A DNA stretch of 64,000 nucleotides from Chiloscyllium plagiosum (taxonomy: Eukaryota): the NCBI RefSeq assembly GCF_004010195.1, contig NC_057752.1, forward strand, positions 14,770,153 through 14,834,152. Direction: 5' to 3'. Both the position numbers and the translations under genes were made by a program. The stretch's first letter is position 1. Each line of letters starts with the position of its first letter. Below the pieces are notes generated by a model. The model did not search any database. It saw only the letters and a program-made list of their open reading frames with translations, and had not been told where the DNA came from. Positions 49,640-63,339 of this stretch are shown one piece after another.

Positions 49640-52620
49640 TTCGGTTTAAAGAATGGGAACACTTTAGAAACAACTAAAGGATGACTAAGAAAATAATGAA
49701 GAGAGAAAAGTTAGAGTAATGAGAAGAAACTAGCAAGAAATCTAAAAACCTACACTTTCAGACCCCAACAAATATATATAAAAAGGAAAAGAGTTGCTAA
49801 AGTGAGCATTGGGACCTCGGAGGGTGTGACTGGACAATTGATCATGGGGAAATAAGGAAACACACTGCTAAAATTTCAGTCGAAGTTGAGACACTGAATG
49901 GGCTAAAAATTGATAAAAAGGTGATATTAGGAAAGTTGCAGTAGTTGATAAATAACCAGGACCTGAACAGTTGCATCTAAAGAACTAAGGATGGAAGATG
50001 CAGAGGTAACTAGCTATAATCTTTCAATTCTCAATTGATATGGAAGTAGTCCAGTGATCTGTAAGTTTTGTACCCTTGTTCAAAAAGGGTGCAAGGATAA
50101 ATCCAACAGCTATACGCCAGTCAGTTAACTTCGGTAGTGGAAATACTTTTAGAAATAAGAATCTAGAACAAATCTAAAAGTCACTTGGAATGCGAGGTGC
50201 TGCGTTTTGGGAAAGCAAATCTTAGCAGGACTTCTACACTTAATGGTAAGGTCCTAGGGAGTGTTGCTGAACAAAGAGACCTTGGAGTGCAGGTTCATAG
50301 CTTCTTGAAAGCAATAAAGTTTCAACATACTTTCATTATTGGTCAGAGTATTGGATACAGGAGTTGGGAGGTCATTTTGCCGCTGTACAGAACATTGGTT
50401 TGGCCACTGAGAGTAATAGAGATGTACAGCATGGAAACACACCCTTCAGTCCAACCCGTCCATGCCGACCAGATATCCCAACTCAACCTAGTCCCACCTG
50501 CCAGCACAAGGCCCATATCCCTCCAATCCCCTTCTATTCATATACCTATCCAAATGCCTCTTAAATGTTTCAATTGTACCAGCCTCCACCACATCCTCTG
50601 ACAGCTCATTCCATACACGTACCACCCTCCGTGTGAAAAAGTTGCCCTTGGGTCTCTTTTATATCTTTCTCCTCTCACCCAAACCTATGCCCTCGAGTTC
50701 TGGCCTCCCTGACCCCAGGGAAAAGACTGCCAATTTACCCTATTCATTTTGGAATATTGTGTGCAATTCTGGTCTCCTTCCGATTGGAAGGATGTTGTGA
50801 AACTTGAAAGCATTCAGAAAAGATTTACAAGGATGTTGCCAGGGTTGGAGGATGTGAGCTATAAGGAGAGGTTGAATAGGCTGGGGCGGCTTTCCCTGGG
50901 GTGTCGGAGGCTGAGGGGCATGAGCATGGATAGGATAAACAGATGCCCTTTTTAAATGGGCAGTCCCTAAGCTTTAAACAGCAACCCCTTGTACTAGATT
51001 CTTTCCACATCTGCTTTGTCACAACCCACAGGACCTTGTATGTTTCAATCAAGTCATTTCTTACTCTTCTAAACTCCAGTGGAGACAAGCCCAGCCTGTC
51101 CAACTGTTTCCTCATGAGACGACCCACCCATTCCAGATATTAGTCAGGTAAATCTTCCCTAAAATGTTTCCAAAACATCTTCATCCTTCCTTAAATAAGG
51201 AGACTAATTCTATACGCACTACTCTAGATGTGATATCATTAGTTTCCTGTATAATTGAAGTATAACCTCTCTACTTTTGTATTCAATTCTCCTCCCAGTA
51301 AATTATAACATTGTTAGCTTTCCTAGTGGTGAACAGTGGGGTATCCCAAGGGGTCGGTGTTAGGTTGCATACTTTTCTTGATATATATTCATGACTTGGA
51401 TTTGGGTACGCAAGGCACATTTCAAAATTTGTCAATTACGTACAATTTGCAAATCCTGTGAAGTGGATAGTGGTGGATTTCAAGACATGAATAACTTGGT
51501 GGAAAGAGCAAATGTATGGCAGACAAAATTTAGTGCAGGAAGAATGGGGAACAATAGTACAAAATAACATATTCTAAAGCGTTTGAGGAGCAGAGAGACC
51601 TGATGGAACATGTGCACAAATTGTTGGAGGTGGCAGGGTAGGTTGAGAAAGTACTGAAGAAGGGTCACTGGTGATTTCTCTCCACAGATGCCGTCAGACC
51701 TGAGCTTTTCCAGCAATTTCTGTTTTTCTTTCAGATTTCCAGTTCTTTCAATTTTTTAAAATTTAGTTTGAGAAAGTGTTGCCTGGATTAAAGTGTATTA
51801 ACTGTAAAGGAGAGGTTGAATTAACTTTGATTGTTTTGGACAAATGTGGATTTTTTTTTTCCCAGGGCATCAAAGGCTGTGGGGTGACTGGATAGAAGTA
51901 TAAAATTATGAGATACATGGTTAGGTTGGATAGTCAAAGTCTCTTTGCCAGGCTGGAAATGTCAAATACTAGGAGGCATAGCTTTAAGATGAGGAGAGGT
52001 GGGTGGGGGAAGGTTTAGGGGAGATATGCACCATAAGTGTTTTTACTTGGATGTTAGTAGGTGCCTGGAAGGTGCTGTCAGTGGAGGTGGAAGGAGCCGA
52101 TATGATAGCAAAAGAGGCAGACACGTGAACAGGCAGCGAATAGAGGAATACAGACCAGGCAGGTGGGATTACCTTAGAATAGCATTATGGTTGGTACCGG
52201 CCATGATCAGCTGACCTGTTCCTGAGCTATATACTGTTATACTGTTTTATGTTCTACGTTAATTGCACTCAATGACTTGGCTTCCACGGTTTTCTGTGAC
52301 AATGCGTTCCACAGATTAACCACCCTCTCGCTGAAGAAATTCTTCCTTATCCCAGTTCTAAAGGATCAGCCTTTCACTTTCAGTCTGGCTCTCGGTTCCC
52401 ACTGTATCTAGGCCTCTTAGTATTCCAGAAGTTTCAATGAGATTTCCCTCTCTTTAGGTACATGGATGGGATAGGTATGGAGGGACATGGCTGAAATGCA
52501 GGCAAAAGGGACTTGTTTATATTGTGAAAACTGGGCAGCATAGGCAAGTTGGGCCGAAGGGCCTGTTTGCAAGCTGTGGACTTCTATGGCCCATCCTTCT
52601 AAACTCCATAGAGTATAGAC
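49640..52620. mobile_element. Nest of CR1-type fragments in both orientations plus a Penelope terminal remnant (~51652-51745)
   Basis: [28 protein letters not shown] motifs; ctgaagaagggtcactgg..cttttccagcaatttctg. Confidence 0.75.
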
Positions 52621-52705
52621 CTGACATGGTTATTTTTGAAAAATATGAGATTGCAGAAGTGTGCTCGTTAGTTAATGAAATATGACCTATTTTTCCTCCA
52701 TGTAG

Positions 52706-52830
52706 GTATGCATAGTGGATACTGGTGTAAGAGGGACCATTGCAGTAGGATTAGTCCCTCAGTATTACAAGCTGGATCATCAGCCAGGATGGCTTCCACA
52801 TTCTGTTGCCTACCATGCAGATGATGGGAA
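52706..52830 (+). CDS. SPRYD3: SPRYD3 coding exon (125 nt), SPRY domain
   Basis: ttttcctccatgtag acceptor; VCIVDTGVRGTIAVGLVPQYYKLDHQPGWLPHSVAYHADDG(K); AA|GTGAGT donor. Confidence 0.96.
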
Positions 52831-52978
52831 GTGAGTAATACAGAAAATTTGAGAATGAAAGTAATCTACCTGAAATGTCTTTGCTCTGTTCTTATTACAG
52901 TGGAAGCTGTTACAGCAATAATTATTTATGCAGAACGTTATCACTTTCTGAAATATCTCAAACTGCTTTACTGCTTTT

Positions 52979-53286
52979 GGGCGGCACGGTGGCACAGTGG
53001 TTAGCACTGCTGCCTTTCAGTGCCTGAGACCTGGGTTCAATTCCCACCTCAGGCGACTGACTGTGTGGAGTTTGCAGGTTCTCCCCGTGTCTGCGTGGGT
53101 TTCCTCCGGGTGCTCCGGTTTCCTCCCACAGTCCAAAGATGTGCAGGTCAGGTGAATTGGCCATACTAAATTGCCCGTACCCTTAGGTAAGGGGTAAATG
53201 TAGGAGTATGGGTGGGTTGCGCTTCGGCGGGGCGGTGTGGACTTGTTGGGCCTATTTCCACACTGTAAGTAATCTAATCTAATCTA
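52979..53286 (+). mobile_element. HE1-type SINE, full length
   Basis: Closely similar to the 27397 copy. Confidence 0.92.
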
Positions 53287-53287
53287 A

Positions 53288-53605
53288 AGATGATTAGAGG
53301 TTTAGATAGGGTTGACCATGAGAACCTTTTTCCACGTATGGAGTCAGCTAATACGAGGGGGCATAGCTTTAAATTAAGGGGTGGTAGGTATAGGACAGAT
53401 GTTAGGGGTAGGTTCTTTACTCAGCGAGTCGTGAGTTCATGGAATGCCCTGCCAGTAGCAGTGGTGGACTCTCCCTCATTATGGGCATTTAAGCGGGCAT
53501 TGGACAGGCATATGGAGGATAGTGGACTAGTGTAGGTTAGGTGGGCTTGGATCGGCGCAACATCGAGGGCCGAAGGGCCTGTACTGCGCTGTATTCTTCT
53601 ATGTT
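53288..53605 (+). mobile_element. CR1-type LINE 3' end directly following the SINE
   Basis: IRGLDRVD..TRGHSFKL..FFTQRVV..WNALP; ttctatgtt tail. Confidence 0.88.
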
Positions 53606-54242
53606 TCATGCATAGTGAATTACTTTCAAGTACAGTGATTTGCGTTGTCTTGTCCATTTGTACATCAAAGATTCCACAAACCGAGTTTATAAATGAGTAC
53701 TCTCCAGTTCTCCTTTGACATCAAAGCAGCACTTGAGCAAGAGGTAGGTAGCATCAAGGAGCATAAGTAAAGTTGGATGGGAATCAGGGGAAAATTCTCC
53801 ACTTTTCTGAGTCATTCTGAGCAGAAGGATGTTTGTGGTTGTTAGGCAACCAGTCCCGTCAGCCTAAGGAAGTTCTTCAGAGTAGTATTCTAGATTAAAC
53901 CAGATTTATCTGCTTCATCAATGACCTTACCTTCAACACAATTTCCTAAGTGGGGATGTTTGCTGATAATTTCTGTGTTCTGTTCCATCCAGAACACCTC
54001 ATATTCATATGCAGCAAGACCTGGACAATTTTCAGGCTTGGGCTGATAAATGACAAATAACAGCAGAGAATCTAACCATTGCCCCTTAGCTTTCAATGAC
54101 ACCACCTAGCTAAATTCTGTACTAACAACATCCTGGGGGTGGCCATTGACCAGAAACTGAACTGAACTAGCCACATAAACATAGTGGCTACAAGGACTGG
54201 TCAGAGACTAGGAATCCAGCAGCGACAAACCCATTTCTTGAT

Positions 54243-54588
54243 TCATGGAATCCCTACAGTGTGAAGCACATCATTTGGCCCATTGAGTCCAGACTGACAT
54301 TTTGAAGAGAAGTCCACCCAGACCTTGGCCCCACACTCCTACTCGATCCCTGTAAACCCGCATTTCCCATGCCCCAGTCTTCCTAGTCTGCACATCTCTG
54401 GACACTATGGACAATTTATTGTGGCCAATCCACCTAACCTGCACATTTTAGGATTGGGGGAGGAAACCGGAGCGCCCTGAGGAAACCCACGCAGACACTG
54501 GGAGAACATGCACACTCCACACAGACAGTTGCCTGAGGCTGGAATCAAACCTAGGTCCCTGATGCAGTGCTAACCACTGAGCCATCAT
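54243..54588 (-). mobile_element. HE1-type SINE
   Basis: ggaggaaaccggagcgccctgaggaaacccacgcagacac core on the minus strand. Confidence 0.8.
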
Positions 54589-55769
54589 GACTTGCCAAAG
54601 CATGCGCACTATCTCCAAGGCACAAATCGGGTGTGTTGGAATACTCCCCACTTGACTGGCTGAGTGCAGCTCTAAAGACACTCAAGAAGCTTGACACTAT
54701 TCAGCGCAATGCACCCTTTTTGCCTGGTGCCACATCCACTGCCTTGAACAGTCACTTCCTTAGCCACTATGCACACTGGCAGCAGCAAGTACCATCTACA
54801 AGATGCACTGCAGCAATCCAGCAGCACTCCTTCAGGCACCTTCCAAACTTGCTATTTCCTACTCCTTGAAGGTGAAGAGCAGCAGATGTGTGTGAACACT
54901 ACCACCTGCCAATTCGCCCCTCATCCCGACCTGAGTGGGAATTAGAGCGCCATTTCTTTTTTGTTGCTGGATCAGAATCCTGGAGTTTCCTCCCGAGCTC
55001 CTGCATTAAGTGGACCTCAGTAATTCAAGAAAATGGCCGATAAACCAATTTTTAAATAAAAGTCTCTCCAACAATTTCAAGGGCTACACTATTGCTTGCC
55101 CCATTTTTTTTAGGATACTTGAATGTATCCCATCATTTATTTTTGATGGGGTCATGTTCAAGAGGGGGCTTTAATCTAAAGAGAATGCTTTGCTAATCCT
55201 GGCACGGGAGTAATTGCTGGCAACAGTGTGCAAAGAGTTTTACTTTGGCTTTAAAAGAGTAGAGGGAGCTTTATTTTCAGTTTACTTACAATTGAAAAGA
55301 GTAGAGGGAGCTTTACTCTGTATTTATCCCCTTGCTGTCCCTGTCTTGGGACTGTTTATAGTGTAGCAAGAGCATTGTTCTGTATCTAACCCTTAACTAA
55401 TGGCGATGTGATTAAATGCTGGTTCTCATTTGATGCACCAGCATGATCAGTGCTGAGAGTCCCAATCAGTTCAGTCTCTGGTGTCATGATCGCTATTTGT
55501 GTGGAAAATGGCAGACATTTACTTTTGAGACAGTACTTCACAAGACTTCTGTTTTGTCACTCTTACGTGGATTTGCTTAATAGCACCCTTATCTGTTTTT
55601 CTTAGTTCTTGATCTGCTATTGTGATAGGAGCAGATTGTGGGGTGTTAGTGGCTTGCAGCAACTGATACATTTCGGTCTAAGAAGTTGGATGGCTGATTT
55701 TTTTTTTTCTATTGTTTAAATACTTTCATGGGATGTAGGCATTGCTGGCAAGGCCAGAATTTGTGCCTA

Positions 55770-58760
55770 TCCACAGAACACAACTGTACAGAACAGGGAC
55801 AGGCCCTCTGTCCACTATGTCTGCACTGACCATTCTAAACTAATCCCATCTGCTTGCACATGGTCTGTATCCCTCTATTGCCTGCCTGTTCTGTATATCT
55901 GTCTAAATGCCTCTTAAACTTTACTATCGTGTCTGCTTCTGTCATCTCCCCTGGCAGCATGTTCCAGATGCCGACCATCCTTTGCGTTAAATATTTGCCT
56001 CACACATCTCCTTTAAACTTTTCCCCTCTCACCTTAAACTTATGCTCCTCAGTATTTGACATTTCCATCCTGAGAAAAACATTCAGAGAGAGTATATTCA
56101 AAAAGACTATAATCAGAAAGATTATCCGTCTTTCCATGCAACTCATAGTCTTATGTACTTCTATCAGATTGCTCCTCAGCCTCTGACGAAAACAACCTAG
56201 CCCCTCATAATAGCTAAAACACTCCAATCCAAGCAACATCCTGGTAAACGTCTTTTGCACTCTCTCCAAAGCCTTTCTGTAAAGTGGAAATCGGAACTGC
56301 ACACAACACACAAGTGGCCGAACTAAAGTTTTACACAACTGCAAAATGACTTGCCAACTTTTATCAATGCCCTGACCAGTGACGTCGAGCATGCTGTATG
56401 CCTTCTTTAGCACCTTATCCACTTGCGTTGCCACTTTCAGGTAGCTATGGACTTGGACCCCAAGATCCATCTGTACATCAGTGCTCCTAAGAGTCCTGCC
56501 ATTTCCTCTTGCACTTGATCTTCCAAAAGGCATCACATGTCTGGATTAAACCCCATCTGCCATTTCTCTGCCAAATGTTCCAACTGATCTATATCATGTT
56601 GGAACCTTTGATAACCTTCCTCACTATCCACAACTCCATCAGTTTTTGTATTGCCTGCAAACTTACAAATCAAACCTCTTATATGTATAAATGAATTGGA
56701 TGAAAATATATTACAAAATGAGATCCTATCATGATCCTTTGCGGAATACCTCCATTCAGAAAATCATACCTCCACAACTACCCTCTGTCTTCCATGACCA
56801 ATTTTGTAGAAAAGTTACCTACTCACTATGGATTAAATTTCTGGTCCAATGTACCTTGAGGCACCTTGTTAAATGTTTCAGTTAAATCCATGTAGATAAC
56901 ATCAACTTCTGCTGACTATACCTAAAAAGTTCATTCTTTTCCAAATGTGAGTAAATCCCATCCCTAAGAATCTTCTCCAATAATTTCCATACCGCTGACG
57001 TAAGGCTCACTGGTCTATAATTCCCTAAATTATCCCTATTGCCTTTCTAAAACAAAGAAATGACATTGGCTATTCTCTAGTCTTCTAGGACCTTGTCTGT
57101 AGCAAATGACAACACAAAGATCTCCATCAAGGCCCCAGCAATCTCCTCTCCTGCCTGTCACAATATCCTGGGATAGCTCCCAGTAGGCCATGAGGACTTA
57201 TCAAACTTGATGTTTTTCTAGACACACAGCATCAACTCCTTCTTAATATTGACATGCCCTAGAATATCAGCATAAACCTCCCTGATCTTACCATCATCCA
57301 TATCCTTATCTTCGGCGAATAACGATGAAAAGTTCTCATTAAGGATCTCGCTATTTCCTCGAGCTCCATGCATAAACTCCCCCCTTCTTGAGTGTACCGA
57401 CTTTTACCTAACTTCTTGCTCCTAGTACAGGTATACGTATAAAATGCCTTGCGATTCTCCTGAATCCTACTTGCTAAGGGCATTTCATGGCCCCTTTTAC
57501 CCATCCTAATTCCTTACTAAAGTTCTTTTCTGCTTACTTTATATTCCTCAAGAACCTTGTCTGATTTCACTTTCCAAAACCCTACATCTGCTTCCTTTTC
57601 CTTTTTGTCTAAGCTTTCGATATCTCTTGTCATCTAGGGTTGCTGAATCATGCCATTCTTATCTTTCATCCTCACAGGAGCATGCTGGTCCTGACCTCTG
57701 ATCAGCTGACATTTAAAAGACAGAAATGTGGATTTGCCCATAATCTCATTTCTCCAGTTTGTGCCTACTACTGCTTTAATTAGCCTTCCCTCAATTTCAC
57801 CTGAGGACAGCTTATCCATTTCACCTTATCCATAACTATCTTAAAGCTTACGATCATTGGTTCCAAAATGCTCCCCCACTGAAAGTTCAACTACCTGGCC
57901 AGGCTCATTTCCCAATACAAGGTCTAGTACAGTCCTTTTACTCATTAGACTATTTACATATTCTTTTAGTAAACCCTCCTGGGGATGCACCCAACAAATT
58001 CTGCTCCATCTAAGGCCCAGCACAAAGGAAGTGGGTGGCACGGTGGCACAGTGCTGGGCGGCATGGTGGCACAGTGGTTAGCACTGCAACCTCACAGCGC
58101 CAGAGACCCAGGTTCAATTCCTGCCTCAGGCGACTGACTGTGTGGAGTTTGCACATTCTCCCCGTGTCTGCGTGGGTTTCCTCCGGGTGCTCCGGTTTCC
58201 TCCCACAATCCAAAAACGTGCAGTTAGGTGAATTGGCCATGCTAAATTGCCCGTAGTGTTAGGTGAAGGGGTAAATGTAAGGAAATGGGTCTGGGTGGGT
58301 TACGCTTCAGCAGGTCGGTGTGGACTTGTTGGGCCGAAGGGCCTGTTTCCACACTGTAAGTAATATAAAAAATCTAAGTCACAGTCAATACAAGGGATTT
58401 TTAAATAAAAAATCACCCACTGCAACAACCCTACTATTTTTACATCTTTCCAAGATCTGCCTACATATCTGTTCCTCTATCTCTTGCTGGCTATAGTGAG
58501 GCTTGTTGTATAACCCCAACATAGTGATTGTACCTTTCTTATTCCTAAGCTTTACCCATATGGCCTGACTAGATGAGCCCTCTAAGATGCTCCTTAATCA
58601 ATAATGTAACTCCCCACCCTTTACATCACCCAGTCTCACACCTGAAACATCTAAACCCTGGAATATTGAGCTGCCAGCCCTGCCCTTCTAGTTTCTGTAG
58701 TGGCTGCAACATCATAGTTCCATATATTAGCCCAGGCTCTAACCTCACCTGCCTTACCTT
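55770..58760 (-). mobile_element. Long decayed CR1-type LINE ORF2 interrupted by a SINE
   Basis: ORFs 56000..56536, 57259..57504 and 57841..58041 (VLDLVLGNEPGQV). Confidence 0.85.
58033..58377 (+). mobile_element. HE1-type SINE with duplicated 5' head
   Basis: gggtggcacggtggcacagtg-ct-gggcggcatggtggcacagtggttagc then full body. Confidence 0.9.
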
Positions 58761-59294
58761 GCCTCATAATCTGTTAAAATAGGAGTGACCTAGAACTCCA
58801 CTATTTAAAAAAAAATATCAATTTTGTTCTTTTAACTCTGAAAGTGACCATTAAACGACAACTATTTACAACTCTAAACCTACTTTCTCTTAAAGGTCTG
58901 TTATCTACCTCCCACTCTATAACAACATACTAATCCAATAAAAGCCCCTATTAAAGTTATATCTACTTAATTTTCGAAACCAGATAGCAGCTATCGTCGT
59001 TAGTGACTGTCTTCCTCTGGCTATTGATCTCCCTGGGTCGTCATTGGTCTTTTGCGCAAAGATGTTTCATGTGAAAAAGGTAGCTTTGATAGAGTGTGTT
59101 TTGGATGGCAGTCTCTCTCTCTAAGTGGCAGGTTGTCACTCTGTCTCACTGGCTAACTGTCAAAATGCCGGTTTTTATATACTCCAAGTCTCGGATCGTC
59201 TCATTGGAAATTCATCCGATCTTCTCAGTTGTGGTGAGCGAGCTGACCTCTCCCAGAATCCTCCTCAGTCACTTCTCACTACAGCCCTAATTTC

Positions 59295-59575
59295 CTTGAG
59301 CTGAGTGGCTTGCTTGGCCATTTCCAAGGGCATTTAAGAATCAGGCACATGTAGACCAGACCTGGTAAGCAAAGCAGGTTTTCTATCTGGAAGGATACTA
59401 GTGAACCAGATGAGTACTATTGACAATCGATGATTAAATTTAATTTCAGATTTTATTGAATTGAAATGTTACGACCTGTCACAGTAGCGTTCCAATCCAT
59501 GTCCCCAGAACATTAGCCTGGGATTCTGGATTAATCATCCAGTGACATTGCCATGAACAGCCTCGCCATTTCCCT
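59295..59575 (-). mobile_element. Second shark SINE family, decayed
   Basis: Reverse complement of the 25690-25995 core (cacatgtagaccagacc, gtgaaccagatg). Confidence 0.5.
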
Positions 59576-59900
59576 GTCATCTGGCAAATTGCACAGTGCA
59601 GGTGGATTGAAATACAAGCAGAAATAATTGAAGAAAAAGGTGGAAGAAAAGCTTAACCCTGTATTTTTCTTGACAGTATTTCTGTACTTGCATGAATTTT
59701 GTTTACTTCCCCTTCATAAAAAAAAGACTTTTTTTTTGTTCATTTTTAAAATTTGAGAGCAGCGAGCTTGTATGATTTGCAGCTCAGCCTGTTTTTGTGT
59801 GACAATGTTAATTTCATGTTGAAGATGTGGAATTGTGTTTTCTGATGATAAAGACTCCTGAGTTCCTTTTTTAATGAACTGATTATTTTTAATTCTGCAG

Positions 59901-60036
59901 GTTATTTAATGGAAATGAAGTGGGCCGGCAGTTTGGGCCGAAGTGTTTTACGGGTGATCGAATTGGCTGTGGAGTCCACCCAGAATCCTTTGACAGAGGA
60001 ATGGCAACTGTCTTTTTCACAAGAAATGGCAAAGAG
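59901..60036 (+). CDS. SPRYD3: SPRYD3 coding exon (136 nt), SPRY domain; gene continues past window end
   Basis: aattctgcag acceptor; (K)LFNGNEVGRQFGPKCFTGDRIGCGVHPESFDRGMATVFFTRNGKE; GAG|GTGGGA donor; phases consistent. Confidence 0.95.
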
Positions 60037-60787
60037 GTGGGAAAAATATACTTCCTAGATGTTGAACCCAGAATATCAGGATATTGTTCCAGTGTCCTCT
60101 ATTACAACTGATCCCTGGGTGAGGGTCCACAACTTATGATTGCATATGGGATACCCCTAAATGATTATGCTCCTGACTGAGGAGCAATGAACTTGATCCC
60201 CTTTTCTCACTTGACATGTCCCTGTAGAAAGGACCCCTTCTCATGGACACATTTTCCCAGCCCAAAAATTATGTTTTAAAAGGAGTCNNNNNNNNNNNNN
60301 NNNNNNNNNNNNNNNNNNNNNNNNNNNNNNNNNNNNNNNNNNNNNNNNNNNNNNNNNNNNNNNNNNNNNNNNNNNNNNNNNNNNNNNNNNNNNNNNNNNN
60401 NNNNNNNNNNNNNNNNNNNNNNNNNNNNNNNNNNNNNNNNNNNNNNNNNNNNNNNNNNNNNNNNNNNNNNNNNNNNNNNNNNNNNNNNNNNNNNNNNNNN
60501 NNNNNNNNNNNNNNNNNNNNNNNNNNNNNNNNNNNNNNNNNNNNNNNNNNNNNNNNNNNNNNNNNNNNNNNNNNNNNNNNNNNNNNNNNNNNNNNNNNNN
60601 NNNNNNNNNNNNNNNNNNNNNNNNNNNNNNNNNNNNNNNNNNNNNNNNNNNNNNNNNNNNNNNNNNNNNNNNNNNNNNNNNNNNNNNNNNNNNNNNNNNN
60701 NNNNNNNNNNNNNNNNNNNNNNNNNNNNNNNNNNNNNNNNNNNNNNNNNNNNNNNNNNNNNNNNNNNNNNNNNNNNNNNNNNNNNNN

Positions 60788-61785
60788 CCTCTGACTCCAC
60801 ACACAACTTCCCACTACTATCCTTGATTTGGCCCTAATCTTACTCTCGTCATTCCTTAAATACCTAAAGAAAACCTTAGGGTTTACCCTGATCCTATCCG
60901 ACAACAACTTCTCATGTCTCCTCCTGGCTCTTCTGAGCTCTCTCTTTAGGTCTTTCCTGGCTATCTTGTAACCCTCAAGCGCTCTAACTGAGCCTTCGCA
61001 TCTCAATCTAACATAAGCCTTCTTCTTCCTCTTGACCAGCGATTCTACTTCCTTCGTAAACCACGGCTCCCGCACTCTACAGCTTCCTCCCTGCCTGATG
61101 GGTACATACTTATCTAGGACATGCAGTAGCTTTTCCTTGAATAAGCTCCACATTTCTAATGTGCCCATCCCCTGCAGTTTCCTTCTCCATCCTATGCTTC
61201 CTAAATCTTGCCCAGAGGTATACACCTATCCCTTTCTATCACTAAAGTAAACATAACAGAATTGTGATTGCTATCACCAAAGTGCTCACCTTCGTCCAAG
61301 TCTAACACCTGGCTGGGATCATTACCCAGTACCAAATCTAATGTGACTTCACCCCTTGGCCTGTCTGCATACTGTGTCAGGAAGCCCTCCTGTGCACACT
61401 GGACAAAAACTGACCCATCTATAGTACTTGTACTATAGGGTTCCCAGTCAATATTTGGAAAGTTGAATTCTCCCATGACAACTACCCTGTCTGTCTCACT
61501 CCTATCGAGAATCATCTTTGCTATCGTTTCCTCTACATCTCTGGAACTATTCGGAGGCTTATAGAAAACTCCCAACAGGGTGACCTCTCCTTTCCTGTTT
61601 CTAACCTCAGCCCATACTACCTTAGTTGACAAGTCCCCAAACATCCTTTTTGCAACTGTAATACTGTCCTTGACCAACAATGCCACACCTCCCCCTCTTT
61701 TACCATCTTCTCTGTTCTTACTGAAACATCTAAATCCTGGAACCTGCAACAACCATTCCTGTCCCTGCTCTATCCATGTCTCTTG
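60788..61785 (-). mobile_element. CR1-type LINE endonuclease/tether region (same subfamily as 26213-29100)
   Basis: ORF 61201..61818 GGGVALLVKD..GVFYKPP..GEFNFPNIDW..TLDLVL..GDSNH. Confidence 0.92.
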
Positions 61786-61819
61786 TGGTTCATTAACAAC
61801 CATCGCAAATAAAATCAAA

Positions 61820-61980
61820 ATAATGCGGATACAGGAAATCTGAAATAAAAACCAAATACACTGGAAAAATTCAGCAGGACTGAAGAAGAGTCATACTTGA
61901 CTCGATGTATTCATTTTATTTCACTCTCCACAGGTGCTATCAACCTCTCTAGCTTTTCCAGTTATTCGATTTTAATTTAC
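61820..61980. mobile_element. Decayed inverted Penelope-like termini with hammerhead remnant
   Basis: CTGAAGA-a-GAGTCA tact TGACTC-GA(tg); flanking ctggaaaa / ttttccag inverted arms. Confidence 0.55.
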
Positions 61981-63339
61981 CTATCTCGAAACATTACGTT
62001 AAACTGGAATAAGTTAGCATTTTTGGAGAGCAATAGATACTTTTTGTACACTCAAGGTGGAGGATGGGAAAGAATTGTGACTGTAAGAGCTGTTCCTTTT
62101 TTGAGGTATTTTCAGTGTTGGAGGTGATTTCCTAGAATCCTAGGAGCAGCAATTACTCTTTTATAAGCTGTTGTATTGTTTTTGAACTTTGAGGGATTAA
62201 AAAGATCAAAATGACAGCACTTTAAAAAGGAGGATGACAGACAAAGGTAATGACCACATGGGCAGTGAATCAAATGGAGAAATAAACCTGCACTGCTATC
62301 TGACCCAGCAGTGAATCTGCACAACTAATTGTTCTGCTGTTTGATTTAAAGTATCCCTGGACATGTCAACAATTTTTATTTTTTATTTCATGTAAATAAT
62401 TTCACAAAAAATATTACTGAGAACTTTTGACATAAGGCCACAGTTGGAGATATTATGTCAGGTGTCCAAAAGCATTGCCAAAGAAGCAGGTTTCAGGAAT
62501 GCCTTAAAAGAGGAAAGCAGATCTGAGAGAGCTATGGTGGGGAATTCCAGATCGTGGTGTTTAGGCACCTTTAGTAACAGCCAGGAGATGCAATGAATAA
62601 GCACATCGTTGGGAGTCTGAAACAAAAGAAGTTTTCGAGATATGAAAGATTGTGTGGTACAGGGACATAGGAATGATTATAGCCAGGAATTAAATCAAGA
62701 GTGAGAATGCTGTTGTCTTATCTTTTGCATGTATGTGTGAGGCCCCTCCATCAGTAAGCGTGGAGATATCTATGATGCTTCCTCCAGTGGGTTGTTTAAT
62801 TTTCCATCGCCATTCACAACTGGGTGTGACAGAACTGCAGAGCTCTGATCTGATGGTTCTTTTTGGTAGCTTCACCAAGTTGGCATCTGATTTTTAGCTA
62901 TGCCTGGTGATGCTTCTGGCATGACCTCCTGTACTTTCCATTGACCCACGGTTGATCCCCTGGATTGATGGTAATGGTTTAGTGGGGGATATGCCTTGCC
63001 ATGAGATTTCAGATGGTGCTGGAGTACAATTCGGCTATTGTTGGCCCACAGTGCCTCATAGATGCCCAGTTTTGAGTTCCTACATCTGTTCGAAGTCTGT
63101 CCCATTTAACACAGTGATAGTGCCACTCAACACAATGGAGGGTTTTCTCGACTCTAAGGCGAGACTTTGTCTACAAAATGACTATGTGATTGTTGCTATT
63201 ATCGATACTGTCATGGACAGATGTATCTGCAGCTGGTCAATGCATAACAATGAGATCAAGTATGTTTTACACTCTTGTTGGTTCCCTCACTACCTGCTGC
63301 AGATCCAGTTGTGCAGCTATGTCCGTTAGGACCCGACTA

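Noticed and set aside
55250..55400. Short repeated agagtagagggagcttta motif
   Set aside because: Only 2-3 decayed units; looks like a minor satellite remnant.
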